This document shows, piece by piece, positions 28,301 through 35,985 of a stretch of 64,000 nucleotides of DNA. Under the pieces are notes generated by a model that was given only the letters and a program-made list of their open reading frames with translations, was not told the DNA's origin and did no database searches. The stretch spans positions 339 through 64,338 of the forward strand of contig CAKVLG010000002.1 of the NCBI GenBank assembly GCA_934756675.1. Direction: 5' to 3'. Source of the stretch: an uncultured Clostridia bacterium (GTDB taxonomy: Bacteria; Bacillota; Clostridia; Christensenellales; UBA1242). Position 1 is the first letter of the stretch, and each line of letters begins with the position of its first letter. Both the position numbers and the translations under genes were made by a program.

Positions 28301-31300
28301 CACTAATATGCGCGGTGTCAATGCAAACATTCAACTTATTGATGATTTTGCAATTGATTTGACTGGCGAATACTTGTCGCTTGAAAACTTGTTGTCACTC
28401 GCTGAAAATGAAATTGAATATATAAAATCAAAAGATTACGCATTTGAAATAAGACTTATTTATGGTGACTATGATATATTTGGTCACTTGTACTATGGCG
28501 ATAGCGGTTGGTCTGCCGAGCTCGAAACTTTTGTTTCTGGTAAATTATTAAAAATCAAAATTATTCAAAAGAATATATATATTGATTTCGATGGCTTCAA
28601 ACTTAAAGCAGACAAAGATAGCTATGTTGAAGTTATGCAAATGGCTGAAAAATATGTCGGCATAAAACTTCCAGATTTAAACAATTTGTCAGTAGATAGT
28701 GTTTTAGATTTATACAATCAAATCAAAGCTAAGCTCGAAGAGTTTGGTGTGACGATTCCAGCTTTGAGTAAAGACAATTTAAAGAAAAACGACACAAATA
28801 TCAATGATGTTTTATCAAAACTCTATATTGATAAAATGTCTGGTGGCTACAAAGTAACTTATGACGGGGTAGAAGTTGTTGTTTTGGAAAATGACAACAA
28901 GCTTTCTTCGCTTGAAATAATAGCAAATGGCTTGCAATTATATATCCAAAAAACAACAAGCAAAGATGTTGACATAAACGATAAATATCTCGATGGCACA
29001 AAGCTTTTGCAAGTGTTCGATAAAACAATAAAGACAATCGAATCTAAATCGATGTCTGGTACAATTTCTGTCGACTTTGTGTTCGAAAATATTGTTCATC
29101 AAGCAAACATTTTATATAATATCAACTTTGAAAATCTAGACGATATAAGAGCAAAACTTGAAGTCGAATTTAAAGGCTTGACGGCAGAAATTGTTTATAT
29201 TAACAAAATGATTTACTTTGATGTTGTTGGACTTAAGTTCCAAGCGGGGCTAAGCGATTATGATAATATTGCCGAGTTCGTGAAGTCTAGGTTTGGCATT
29301 GATATTAGCCTAGATGAATTAAAAGGTAAATCTCTTAACGACTTGCATTTTGACTTTGTTGAAAATGCCGAATTTAATGATGATTATGTAATTTTCAACT
29401 TCAAAAATGACCTTAACCTAAGGCTTGATTATAATGGCGACAAGATAAAACAATGCAACTTTAGCCAGGGTACAACAAATGCTAAAATTTCGCTTGTTCC
29501 AATGCAAAAAATAACTATTGACGAAGTTGCATCAAACAAATATTTGTCTTATACAAAATTGTTTGATTTGGCAGATAGCGTTCGCGACTTTATAAATAGC
29601 AGGCAATTTAACGTCAACGCAAAAGCTCTTGTTTATGAAGATGTAAACAAAATCCGTTATAATGTTGACATTGGTTTAGCAATTGATGCACTTATCAGCG
29701 GCAACATTCAAGCTCTTGGCAACGCTTCTGTTTATGACGGAAATGGTAAGCCACTCTACACAAATGTTCGCGCAGCTCTCGAAGATCAAAAGATTTATGT
29801 AGATTTCGATGGTCTAAGGCTTTCGATCAGTCAAGATAAATTGCGTGAAATTATGGTTATCGCACTAAGTGCACTTGGCATTGACACAAGTTCAATTCCA
29901 TGGCTTGGCGCAGTTGATGATGACATGAAATTTGTTCCAGATAACCTTAAGAACTTTATGCCAGTTATGAACTTTGATACTCTTGGCATGTTGCGTATTA
30001 TTAAGTCGATGAATATCACTGGCAACCATTTCGAGATTGTTCTCGACGGTGCACTTGTCGTAAACGGCGCTGAAAAGGACATGAGAGTTGCAATCGACTT
30101 TGCTGGCAACAAAATCAACAAACTTAAACTGTACAACATCTATTCTGGCGTTTCACAAACCGAATATTTTGATTTAACAATCAACTTTAACGAGTTTGAA
30201 GGCGTTGAACAAATCGAAAAAGTTAACGATAAAGGTCGCGGATTTATCGACATTTCAGACTCTAGCGAACTTATCAGAGCGTTTATCAATACTTCAGAAC
30301 TTGATAATTATACATTGAATGGTAAAATTAAATTCAACATTTCAAACTTCAGCATGAACGCACCAATCTCAATCACTGTTAAAAACTTGCCAAACGGCAA
30401 AACAGTTGCTCAAATTTCTGTTAAAGAAATTCCTATGATTGCGGGCGTCAATGGTTCGTTTGCGGGCGACCGTGAATTCAATGTCTATATGTATGACGAC
30501 ATTGTTTATCTATATAGAGTTGATGACGAAAACCACTTGTTCTTCCGTGAAAAGGTAGAAAAGAAACTTGCGCTCACAATAGATCAATTCATGGGCGATA
30601 TACTCAAATATATTTGTGAATTTGGTCTTGGTTTTAAAGAAGGCGGCTTGATAATGAATGCTATTAACAAAGCACTCAATAACAAACGTCCAGATAATGA
30701 GCCAATTGATATGAGTAATGTATTGCTTGGCTATAACAAAGAAGGTAGCAATGCACACAAACTTATCTTGAACATGAAGGAAATTGCCTATAACGATGAC
30801 CTAGACACCATGATTGTTACACTCTACACAATCAACAATGCAATAACTGGCAACAAGGATTACTTGTATAAACTTGCATTTGCATTAAACATTGATGTTG
30901 GCATAAACATGTCCCTCACAACAGACGATTTGACTCTTGATTATGCAAACAAAAATGCCAATGTAAACGCAGCCCTTGATTATATCAACGGTTATGGATA
31001 CAAGATTGGCGAATGCTATAAGATTAGTGATGGCAAAGCAAACCTTGAATCTAACATTCAATACACAGCTAACTTCTATGATGGTTCAAACATGGTAAGG
31101 TCGGGCAAATATAACGCTAAGCAAACACTTGACCTTTCAGCTATAACAAGACCAGACGGTGTTGTTAATGGAATAAAATATTCATATACATTTAGTGGTT
31201 GGTATCTTGATGCTAATTTCGAAACATTGGCACCTAGCACAATGCCAACGCATGACATCAATTTGTACGCTAAGTTCGAAAGAACGGCGTGGAGATATGT

Positions 31301-32222
31301 ATCGTTCGACACGCAAGACGAGTCGCAAACGCTTGACGATATATATGCTCCAGTTGGCACAACATTTGTTTTACCAACACTTAAAAACAAGTTTGTTAAC
31401 CAAGCAAGAAAGACTTATGAATACGCCTTTGATTATTGGACTCTTAATGGCGAAAGGGTAGCAAGTGGTGTTGTTTATAACCAAAGCGAAACACTTGTTG
31501 CGATATATAAACTTATTGCTGTCACAGACCAAAAGTTTGTGTTAACAATTGTTTCTGGCGGCAAGGTGGCTATTAAAACAAGAATAATAATGAACTCAGC
31601 CTTTGATCCATATACTCATGACGGAGTATTAAGCACAACATTGTTCTATAGCGATGATAGCTTCAAAAACCAAGTTTTGGAATTTATTATGCCAGAAAGC
31701 GACTTAACAATTTATGCTAGAAATAAGTATACAATTTCGTTTACAGATGCATACGGCTTAACAATTGCTAGCGTAACAGAATACGAAGGCAACACTGTAA
31801 GCCTTGAAACATTGAGCAAATCATATACAGATAATGGCAAACAAGAAAAACGCGTGTTCTATAAGTTCAATGGATACATATATAATAACACGCTATACAC
31901 AGATTCAATAACCATGATGCATGGTGGCGGAACGCTTGCTACATCGTGGTCAGAGAGCTACAAATATTACTACACTGTTTCGTTTAATATAAAAACAGCA
32001 ACAGGACGACATGTGTATTACTATGGTGGTGCTCCAAACTCATATAGGGTGCTTGAAGGCGAAAAAATTAACGCGCCTACAAGTGGACCAACATGTTACT
32101 ATATCTTGTTCAAAAAGAGATATTTGACCTTCAAAGGTTGGACACTTAATGGCAATACTGTTACACAATCTACAACAATGCCTAGTGGTGGGGATATTGT
32201 GTTGAAGGCAGTATGGAACTAG
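25371..32222 (+). CDS. Giant N-terminally anchored surface protein: about 8 repeated modules of roughly 190 aa plus C-terminal Listeria-Bacteroides (InlB B / Flg_new-type) repeats
   Basis: ATG at 25371 (SD GGGGG 9 nt upstream), whereas the track starts at the TTG at 25368. TM helix TFLVYVLTFLVVTFCSAFLTV. Recurrent motifs are x-Y/F-I-x-S-K/R-x-Y and iY-v/i-dFdG-x-k-l-k-a. The C-terminus has FSGWY, FDYWT, FNGYIY and FKGWT repeats. Confidence 0.8.
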   Translation: MKRKHKKLKKTFLVYVLTFLVVTFCSAFLTVTVNYDSYFLNNSSLFLSNTQETGDSSALSSTVASLMSMRGGVVNVVMAAGNEAGDTLDVDASIKLRMQGGIENIEVGADVILYFNNEPFSISATYIGGWLYLSVNDSNFKMQVNSLAQSVQSILGLIGMNMGDAGSLGSMFDMNALMGLASDMKEVATDFGTKMEISSDNVNVSMNVDNDFMLKSIDIANVSVGDYFAHGEIVMSDINSSNISIEPASNENEYNDVTPAIRLINGIMSIPTGDFSASVVSNLGFESKFDVLYDMSAQGGKISTRAGQIDFDTYIIRNNVYFNSGNARIKVEDLKTYDFTKILFEILEKVGVNSSSDIKSQLDLSKISDINFSEIDLGKFFDLISVDDDKLTISAYGKNFNFEFDGDRIKKFYIDNLVSINFDYSATELVFENYGYVAISDMEWVIKPITEFLTTKKMSFDIYANIDGEDYELNVRLDFIEKNAIEIIGELFGKSFDIIVDEQYILLNIGGERTKIDKSRLTETILELADKYAFSKEINFSFDLNTVINSLLQLTYADQNSLTFENNDFEISYSAAGTISLIGNLLGKNVNILLIKEDSARDVRYYNHNQFADFMFTSDLAKNTKKYIESREYNIDLSARIDGKDVTADVYANLNDNYYAARVTYSGETISVISDNDTYYIAYRQFKFFGSMENAMNMLAGFLAEQNGNDKFASFVSDLMLSIKDKYAGTDILKLLTETRIGKIKITDNVFELNMIKFAGLEDLFDLEKLTIGLEIENKNIHKIYASYGDMNASILIKNEQVQRLTDSEKQSYTVDLDKLVRVGKNVYDYAKNGEYILQVDITYDNYSISGKVAVIDNEIKTDLLVVAGEYEIGLKLIDKMLYVNFENLAISAKLGDADKIIALLEKLGIDTNKIKETLNGIKPELPEINDKTLVDMLAKVDLDKFIFSCSDQTYILGYGDYKLIVSSENDMITGVSTNMRGVNANIQLIDDFAIDLTGEYLSLENLLSLAENEIEYIKSKDYAFEIRLIYGDYDIFGHLYYGDSGWSAELETFVSGKLLKIKIIQKNIYIDFDGFKLKADKDSYVEVMQMAEKYVGIKLPDLNNLSVDSVLDLYNQIKAKLEEFGVTIPALSKDNLKKNDTNINDVLSKLYIDKMSGGYKVTYDGVEVVVLENDNKLSSLEIIANGLQLYIQKTTSKDVDINDKYLDGTKLLQVFDKTIKTIESKSMSGTISVDFVFENIVHQANILYNINFENLDDIRAKLEVEFKGLTAEIVYINKMIYFDVVGLKFQAGLSDYDNIAEFVKSRFGIDISLDELKGKSLNDLHFDFVENAEFNDDYVIFNFKNDLNLRLDYNGDKIKQCNFSQGTTNAKISLVPMQKITIDEVASNKYLSYTKLFDLADSVRDFINSRQFNVNAKALVYEDVNKIRYNVDIGLAIDALISGNIQALGNASVYDGNGKPLYTNVRAALEDQKIYVDFDGLRLSISQDKLREIMVIALSALGIDTSSIPWLGAVDDDMKFVPDNLKNFMPVMNFDTLGMLRIIKSMNITGNHFEIVLDGALVVNGAEKDMRVAIDFAGNKINKLKLYNIYSGVSQTEYFDLTINFNEFEGVEQIEKVNDKGRGFIDISDSSELIRAFINTSELDNYTLNGKIKFNISNFSMNAPISITVKNLPNGKTVAQISVKEIPMIAGVNGSFAGDREFNVYMYDDIVYLYRVDDENHLFFREKVEKKLALTIDQFMGDILKYICEFGLGFKEGGLIMNAINKALNNKRPDNEPIDMSNVLLGYNKEGSNAHKLILNMKEIAYNDDLDTMIVTLYTINNAITGNKDYLYKLAFALNIDVGINMSLTTDDLTLDYANKNANVNAALDYINGYGYKIGECYKISDGKANLESNIQYTANFYDGSNMVRSGKYNAKQTLDLSAITRPDGVVNGIKYSYTFSGWYLDANFETLAPSTMPTHDINLYAKFERTAWRYVSFDTQDESQTLDDIYAPVGTTFVLPTLKNKFVNQARKTYEYAFDYWTLNGERVASGVVYNQSETLVAIYKLIAVTDQKFVLTIVSGGKVAIKTRIIMNSAFDPYTHDGVLSTTLFYSDDSFKNQVLEFIMPESDLTIYARNKYTISFTDAYGLTIASVTEYEGNTVSLETLSKSYTDNGKQEKRVFYKFNGYIYNNTLYTDSITMMHGGGTLATSWSESYKYYYTVSFNIKTATGRHVYYYGGAPNSYRVLEGEKINAPTSGPTCYYILFKKRYLTFKGWTLNGNTVTQSTTMPSGGDIVLKAVWN

Positions 32223-32265
32223 TTTTCGCGGCAAAATTTTGCATTCTAGTTCAGAAATTAAAAAA

Positions 32266-32317
32266 AGCTCAGACAGTTATGTACGTTTAAGTACACGTCT
32301 GCCTGAGATTTTTTTAT
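32266..32317 (+). terminator. Rho-independent terminator after the giant gene
   Basis: Long stem CTCAGACAG...CTGCCTGAG with an inner GTAC/GTAC pairing, followed by TTTTTTT. Confidence 0.65.
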
Positions 32318-32360
32318 TTCTTTCTATAAAACTTCTTCGCTTTCTGCACCTGTGCCTTGC

Positions 32361-32495
32361 TTCAGAATACGCCGCACCTTGACTTTCTTTACTCGTCTTT
32401 CACTTAAACAAGAACGCGGATAGGAAACCCTTATCCGCAACCTTGTTTAAGCAAAATCCATCGTAAATCTAAGTCAATCTGCTGCTTTATACTAC
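32361..32495. repeat. Long imperfect hairpin made of two inverted copies of a roughly 35-nt repeat
   Basis: Core stems CTTAAACAAG / CTTGTTTAAG and GCGGATAGG / CCTTATCCGC, extended outward by GACTT/AAGTC, TTTAC/GTAAA and GCCGCA../..TGCTGC pairings. Confidence 0.7.
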
Positions 32496-32545
32496 ACAAT
32501 GTATTTTTTGTTAACATTGTATTAAGTTGCCACTCATCTATAGTC

Positions 32546-32693
32546 CCTGTCATCTTGAGCAAGGCGGTAGCCGCGTCGAAAAATCTCCTTTGTACATTTA
32601 ATTCTGTAAATTTATTAATCAGTTTTTTATTTACATTGTGCGTAGCATGAAGTAGATCTTTCGATTCCGCGTTGCTCCGCTCAAGATGACAGG
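32546..32693. repeat. 148-nt MITE/REP-like element with perfect 15-bp terminal inverted repeats
   Basis: CCTGTCATCTTGAGC at 32546-32560 and GCTCAAGATGACAGG at 32679-32693. The sub-terminal TCGAAAAATCT and AGATCTTTCGA segments are also complementary. Confidence 0.75.
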
Positions 32694-32750
32694 AACTGTG
32701 AGCTGAAAACTACTACAGTGCAAGCTTAAAAGTTGTCTCGCATTCATTAT

Positions 32751-32809
32751 GATCAAAATGACAGGGTGGGGTAATCGAAGGTTTGTGTTGCTCCGTTTAA
32801 GATGACGAG
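32751..32809. repeat. Two further partial copies of the same repeat family
   Basis: GATCAAAATGACAGG and TCGAAGGTTTGTGTTGCTCCGTTTAAGATGACGAG resemble the right arm ...TCGATTCCGCGTTGCTCCGCTCAAGATGACAGG. Confidence 0.6.
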
Positions 32810-32857
32810 CGTTGGTGGTCTGGTGCTATAAAAAATATTTATATTGTGTTTTATTGT

Positions 32858-32885
32858 TTGATTTTTTTGATTTGTTTGCTATAAT
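32858..32885 (+). promoter_or_regulatory. Putative sigma-A promoter placed for a leaderless transcript
   Basis: TTGATT, 16-nt spacer, TGC-TATAAT. The -10 box ends 7 nt before the ATG at 32893 and no SD is present. Confidence 0.45.
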
Positions 32886-32892
32886 ACAAATT

Positions 32893-33450
32893 ATGACTTT
32901 AACTTATATTTTATCGCAAGTGTTTGTTTTAATCGCTGTTTTATTCTTTTGTTCAACGTATTTTACAAAGAATCGTACGGTTATTTTGATTTGCAGAATT
33001 TTTTGTGCGATGTCGTATGTGGTTGTATATATTTTGCTTGGCGCATACACTGGTGTGGCTATTAATGTTATTTCTGTTATGCAAATTATTGTTTTTTATT
33101 TTTTCAATAAAAAAGACAAGCATGTGCCACTATATTTATTTATAATTTTTGAGGCTATGTATTTTGCTGCAAGTGTTATAACTTGGAGCGGATGGGTGTC
33201 TGTTTTAATGATGGTTGGTAGCATGGTAGATTTTTACACCATTTGGCAAACGGACATAAAGGTCTATCGTTTGGTTGGTGTTTTGCCTAGCGTTTTGTTC
33301 ATTGGTTATGACATTGCGTATCGTTCGTATGTGTCTGTTGGGTTCGATGCGGTTGTTCTAATTATAAAAATCATTAGCGTAATTAACATTTTTAAGCGAC
33401 CAAAACCACAAGCCAATCAAGACGAAATTAAACAAACCCCCTTGCAATAA
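32893..33450 (+). CDS. YgjV-like multi-pass inner membrane protein
   Basis: About 185 aa with 5-6 TM helices. The N-terminal pattern ILSQVFVLIAVLFFCSTYFTKNRT...LLGAYTGVAINVIS is collinear with E. coli YgjV as I recall it. The track start (TTG at 32812) was rejected. Confidence 0.5.
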   Translation: MTLTYILSQVFVLIAVLFFCSTYFTKNRTVILICRIFCAMSYVVVYILLGAYTGVAINVISVMQIIVFYFFNKKDKHVPLYLFIIFEAMYFAASVITWSGWVSVLMMVGSMVDFYTIWQTDIKVYRLVGVLPSVLFIGYDIAYRSYVSVGFDAVVLIIKIISVINIFKRPKPQANQDEIKQTPLQ

Positions 33451-33487
33451 ATGCGTTTTGTGATATAATAAACATAGGAAATATTTT

Positions 33488-34642
33488 ATGGAACAAACAA
33501 TAAAAAGTCTTTTGATAGAAAAATATGGTTTTTCGGAAGCTGAGGCAGACAAGGTTATTCGCATTTCGCGTATGCGTGATGCCGAACTTGTTGGTGACAA
33601 ACTTGACAAAATTTTTAAATTTCTTGACATAGGGTCAGACAAAAATACTCAAAAATCTATTATTACCAGGTGGCCACAAGTGTTAAACACAAGTGTGGAA
33701 GCTTTTGCAAGCAAGGCAGAGTTTTATAGCAATGAATATGGCATCAACAAAACAAAGTTTGCTAAAATGGCTTGCAGAAATTTCTCTGTTATCAACTCTA
33801 GCGAAAAGAAAGTAAAAGAGATAGAAAAATACTATACCGAAAAGTGGCACATGACAAAGGAAGAGTTTGTTAAAAAAATGTTGCGTGTGCCAGCGCTTGT
33901 TGGGTTTCCGCCAAGCACAATAGATAGCAGATTTAACACTTTGAAAGAAGAATATGACATGCAAGAATACGAGTTCGAAAAAATGGTTAAAAGTGCTTCG
34001 AACTTTCCAGTTATGAGTGTGGAAGATATCCATGACTTGCAAGAATTTTACGCACGCGAATTTGGAATAACAAAAGGCGATTTCCGCAGAATGCTTATGT
34101 CAATTAAGCCACTTACTTATGGAACTAATAAAGTGTTAAACGGATATAAAAAAATCGCTGAAAAACACGATATTTCGGCTGAAGAGTATGGCAGCATGCT
34201 TGTTAAATGTCCAACACTTTTGGGGTTTAGCCCTGCAATGATAGATGCTAAATTCAAAAAGTATGCAGAGCTTGGCATTGACGATGAGAGCCTTGTGCAC
34301 TATCCAAGGGCACTTGTTCCAAACCCAGACTGTTTGAAAATGCGATATATGTTCGGCAAAATTCATGGTTTGTCTGATACCGACTTTTTGAATCGCGGTT
34401 TTATGTGTAGCGAGAAACGACTTTTTGCAAGGTCGATGTACATGCGAGAAGTTGGTTTGTCTAAGAGTTATTTGTATTACAGCGAAGGTAAGTTCTTAAA
34501 GCGCACTGGTGTTAGCAGCAAAACGCTTGAAAAAGAAAATCAATATACAAGTGCCGTGAAAAAAGCTATTTGCGAAAGATATAACAATATATTTGGCACC
34601 AATGTTGAATTAACAGAAGGGGAACTAAATTATGAAAGTTAG
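33488..34642 (+). CDS. Helical-repeat protein resembling the mTERF family (hypothetical)
   Basis: Recurrent units of about 30-35 aa of the type G-[FI]-[ST]-x3-[FI]-x2-[MI]-[LI]-x2-x-P-x-[LV]-[LV]-x-[FT]-[SP]-x3-[IL]-x3-[FL], for example WPQVLNTSVEAFASKAEFY, VPALVGFPPSTIDSRFNTL and CPTLLGFSPAMIDAKFKKY. Confidence 0.45.
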   Translation: MEQTIKSLLIEKYGFSEAEADKVIRISRMRDAELVGDKLDKIFKFLDIGSDKNTQKSIITRWPQVLNTSVEAFASKAEFYSNEYGINKTKFAKMACRNFSVINSSEKKVKEIEKYYTEKWHMTKEEFVKKMLRVPALVGFPPSTIDSRFNTLKEEYDMQEYEFEKMVKSASNFPVMSVEDIHDLQEFYAREFGITKGDFRRMLMSIKPLTYGTNKVLNGYKKIAEKHDISAEEYGSMLVKCPTLLGFSPAMIDAKFKKYAELGIDDESLVHYPRALVPNPDCLKMRYMFGKIHGLSDTDFLNRGFMCSEKRLFARSMYMREVGLSKSYLYYSEGKFLKRTGVSSKTLEKENQYTSAVKKAICERYNNIFGTNVELTEGELNYES

Positions 34643-34913
34643 TTTAATTGATTATTTGGAATCGCTTGGGCTTACGCGACTAGATATTAATCAACTTGCA
34701 TTTTCGTCTGGCGAACTTGCAGACATTGACGAAGCGAATGCAATTTTAAACATAAAAACGCTTGTTGAGTTTGGTTATCCACAAGATGATGTGGGCGATT
34801 TTGTACTTATTAACCCTGGATTTATGCTTTATTCTAACGATACGCTAAAAAAGATTCTTTCCAGTCTTGACGATGTAGAAGAAACGTTAAAAAATGATCC
34901 TTTTGCAATATAA
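34632..34913 (+). CDS. Small mTERF-like repeat protein (hypothetical), translationally coupled to the preceding gene
   Basis: LESLGLTRLDINQL...LVEFGYPQDDVGDFVLINPGFMLYSNDTLKK. It overlaps the upstream stop by 11 nt. SD GAAGGGGA. Confidence 0.4.
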   Translation: MKVSLIDYLESLGLTRLDINQLAFSSGELADIDEANAILNIKTLVEFGYPQDDVGDFVLINPGFMLYSNDTLKKILSSLDDVEETLKNDPFAI

Positions 34914-34948
34914 AAAGATGCTAGTTACTTGCTAGCATCTTTTTTTAT
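34912..34948. terminator. Bidirectional terminator
   Basis: 10-bp stem AAGATGCTAG / CTAGCATCTT with flanking A- and T-runs, between convergent genes. Confidence 0.75.
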
Positions 34949-34949
34949 T

Positions 34950-35783
34950 TTAATTGTTCCAAATATCGTCAAAGGTTTTAAGCTTAGACTTTTTCATAAT
35001 TCCACCAACAATATTGCCACTTGTTTGTGGTGCAAGTTTATAAAATATGTTTAAAAATTTTGCATCAATACCAATTATTGCTCTTTTGCGTTTTTTTGCA
35101 ATGACTTTTACTATCTTTTTTGCCATTTTATTGAGTTTCATACAAAAATGGTCGATGAATTTTTGGTCGCAAGCTTCAATAATGTCTTTTTGATTGTCTT
35201 TGTTAACAAATAGATTTGTTTTTACAAAGCCTGGCATAATGGTGGAAACAAAAACTTTGTGATTGAGTTCCACGCTTAGTGTTTCGCTAAAAGTTTTTAG
35301 TGCAGATTTACTTGCGGCATATATCGAAACACCTGGCATGCACGACAGAGCACCAGCACTGCTAATATTGATGATTGCGGGCGAATTTGATTGTTTTAAA
35401 AGAGGTAAAAGTTCACGCATGCCATATGTTGCTGAGAAAAAGTTGGTAGCAAAAACCTGGGCGGTTTTTTCTTCGGTTGTGTGATAAAAATTATCGAATG
35501 GGGGCATTGTGCCGGCGTTGTTAATTAAAATATCAATTTTAAAGTCGCTTGAAATTAGGTAAGCATGTAAGTTTTTCCAGTTTTCGCTTTTGCTGACGTC
35601 CATTACATAATAACTGAAAAGTGGGGAATTAAGTTCGCTTGCAAAAGATTCTAGGTTTGCTTTTGTACGTGCAAGCCCTAAAACTTTGCAGTTGTATTTT
35701 TGTATAAGAATTTTTGTTATCTCTTTGCCAATTCCGCTAGAAGCGCCAGAAATGACAACATTTTTATTAAAAAGCCAGTTCAT
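34950..35783 (-). CDS. Short-chain dehydrogenase/reductase (SDR)
   Basis: ISGASSGIGKE, NNAG and YAASKSAL (YxxxK) motifs. Start set to the ATG at 35783 (SD GGAG), because the track extension runs into the tRNA gene. Confidence 0.82.
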   Translation of the reverse strand: MNWLFNKNVVISGASSGIGKEITKILIQKYNCKVLGLARTKANLESFASELNSPLFSYYVMDVSKSENWKNLHAYLISSDFKIDILINNAGTMPPFDNFYHTTEEKTAQVFATNFFSATYGMRELLPLLKQSNSPAIINISSAGALSCMPGVSIYAASKSALKTFSETLSVELNHKVFVSTIMPGFVKTNLFVNKDNQKDIIEACDQKFIDHFCMKLNKMAKKIVKVIAKKRKRAIIGIDAKFLNIFYKLAPQTSGNIVGGIMKKSKLKTFDDIWNN

Positions 35784-35831
35784 TTGCTTTTCTCCTAATA
35801 AAAAAACCACACCAGTTTTGGTGCGGCAATT

Positions 35832-35917
35832 TGGTGCGAGGGAAGAGACTCGAACTCTCACGACTGTTCATCACTCGCCCCTTAAACGAGCGCGTCTACC
35901 GGTTCCGCCACCCTCGC
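35832..35917 (-). tRNA. tRNA-Leu, anticodon reads AAG (type II, long variable arm)
   Basis: Hand fold. Acceptor GCGAGGG/CCCTCGC, D-arm GCG-GAACCGGTAGA-CGC, anticodon stem CTCGT/GCGAG with 7-nt loop TTAAGGG (U33, A34-A35-G36, G37), 14-nt variable arm, T-arm GAGAG-TTCGAGT-CTCTT, encoded CCA. Confidence 0.75.
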
Positions 35918-35985
35918 ATATTTCGGTGGAACTTAATTATTATAGCTTAAAAAAGAATATTTGTAAAGAGTTTTTTATCAAGTTT

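Noticed and set aside
32330-32810. CRISPR array, integron attC sites, or 6S RNA as explanations for the repeat block.
   Set aside because: The repeats alternate in orientation, are irregularly spaced and are imperfect, so this is not CRISPR. No cas genes or integrase are nearby. No GTTRRRY-type core sites were seen. A 6S-like fold (long helix with a central bubble) cannot be supported by eye without covariation, so only the repeat and hairpin description is kept.
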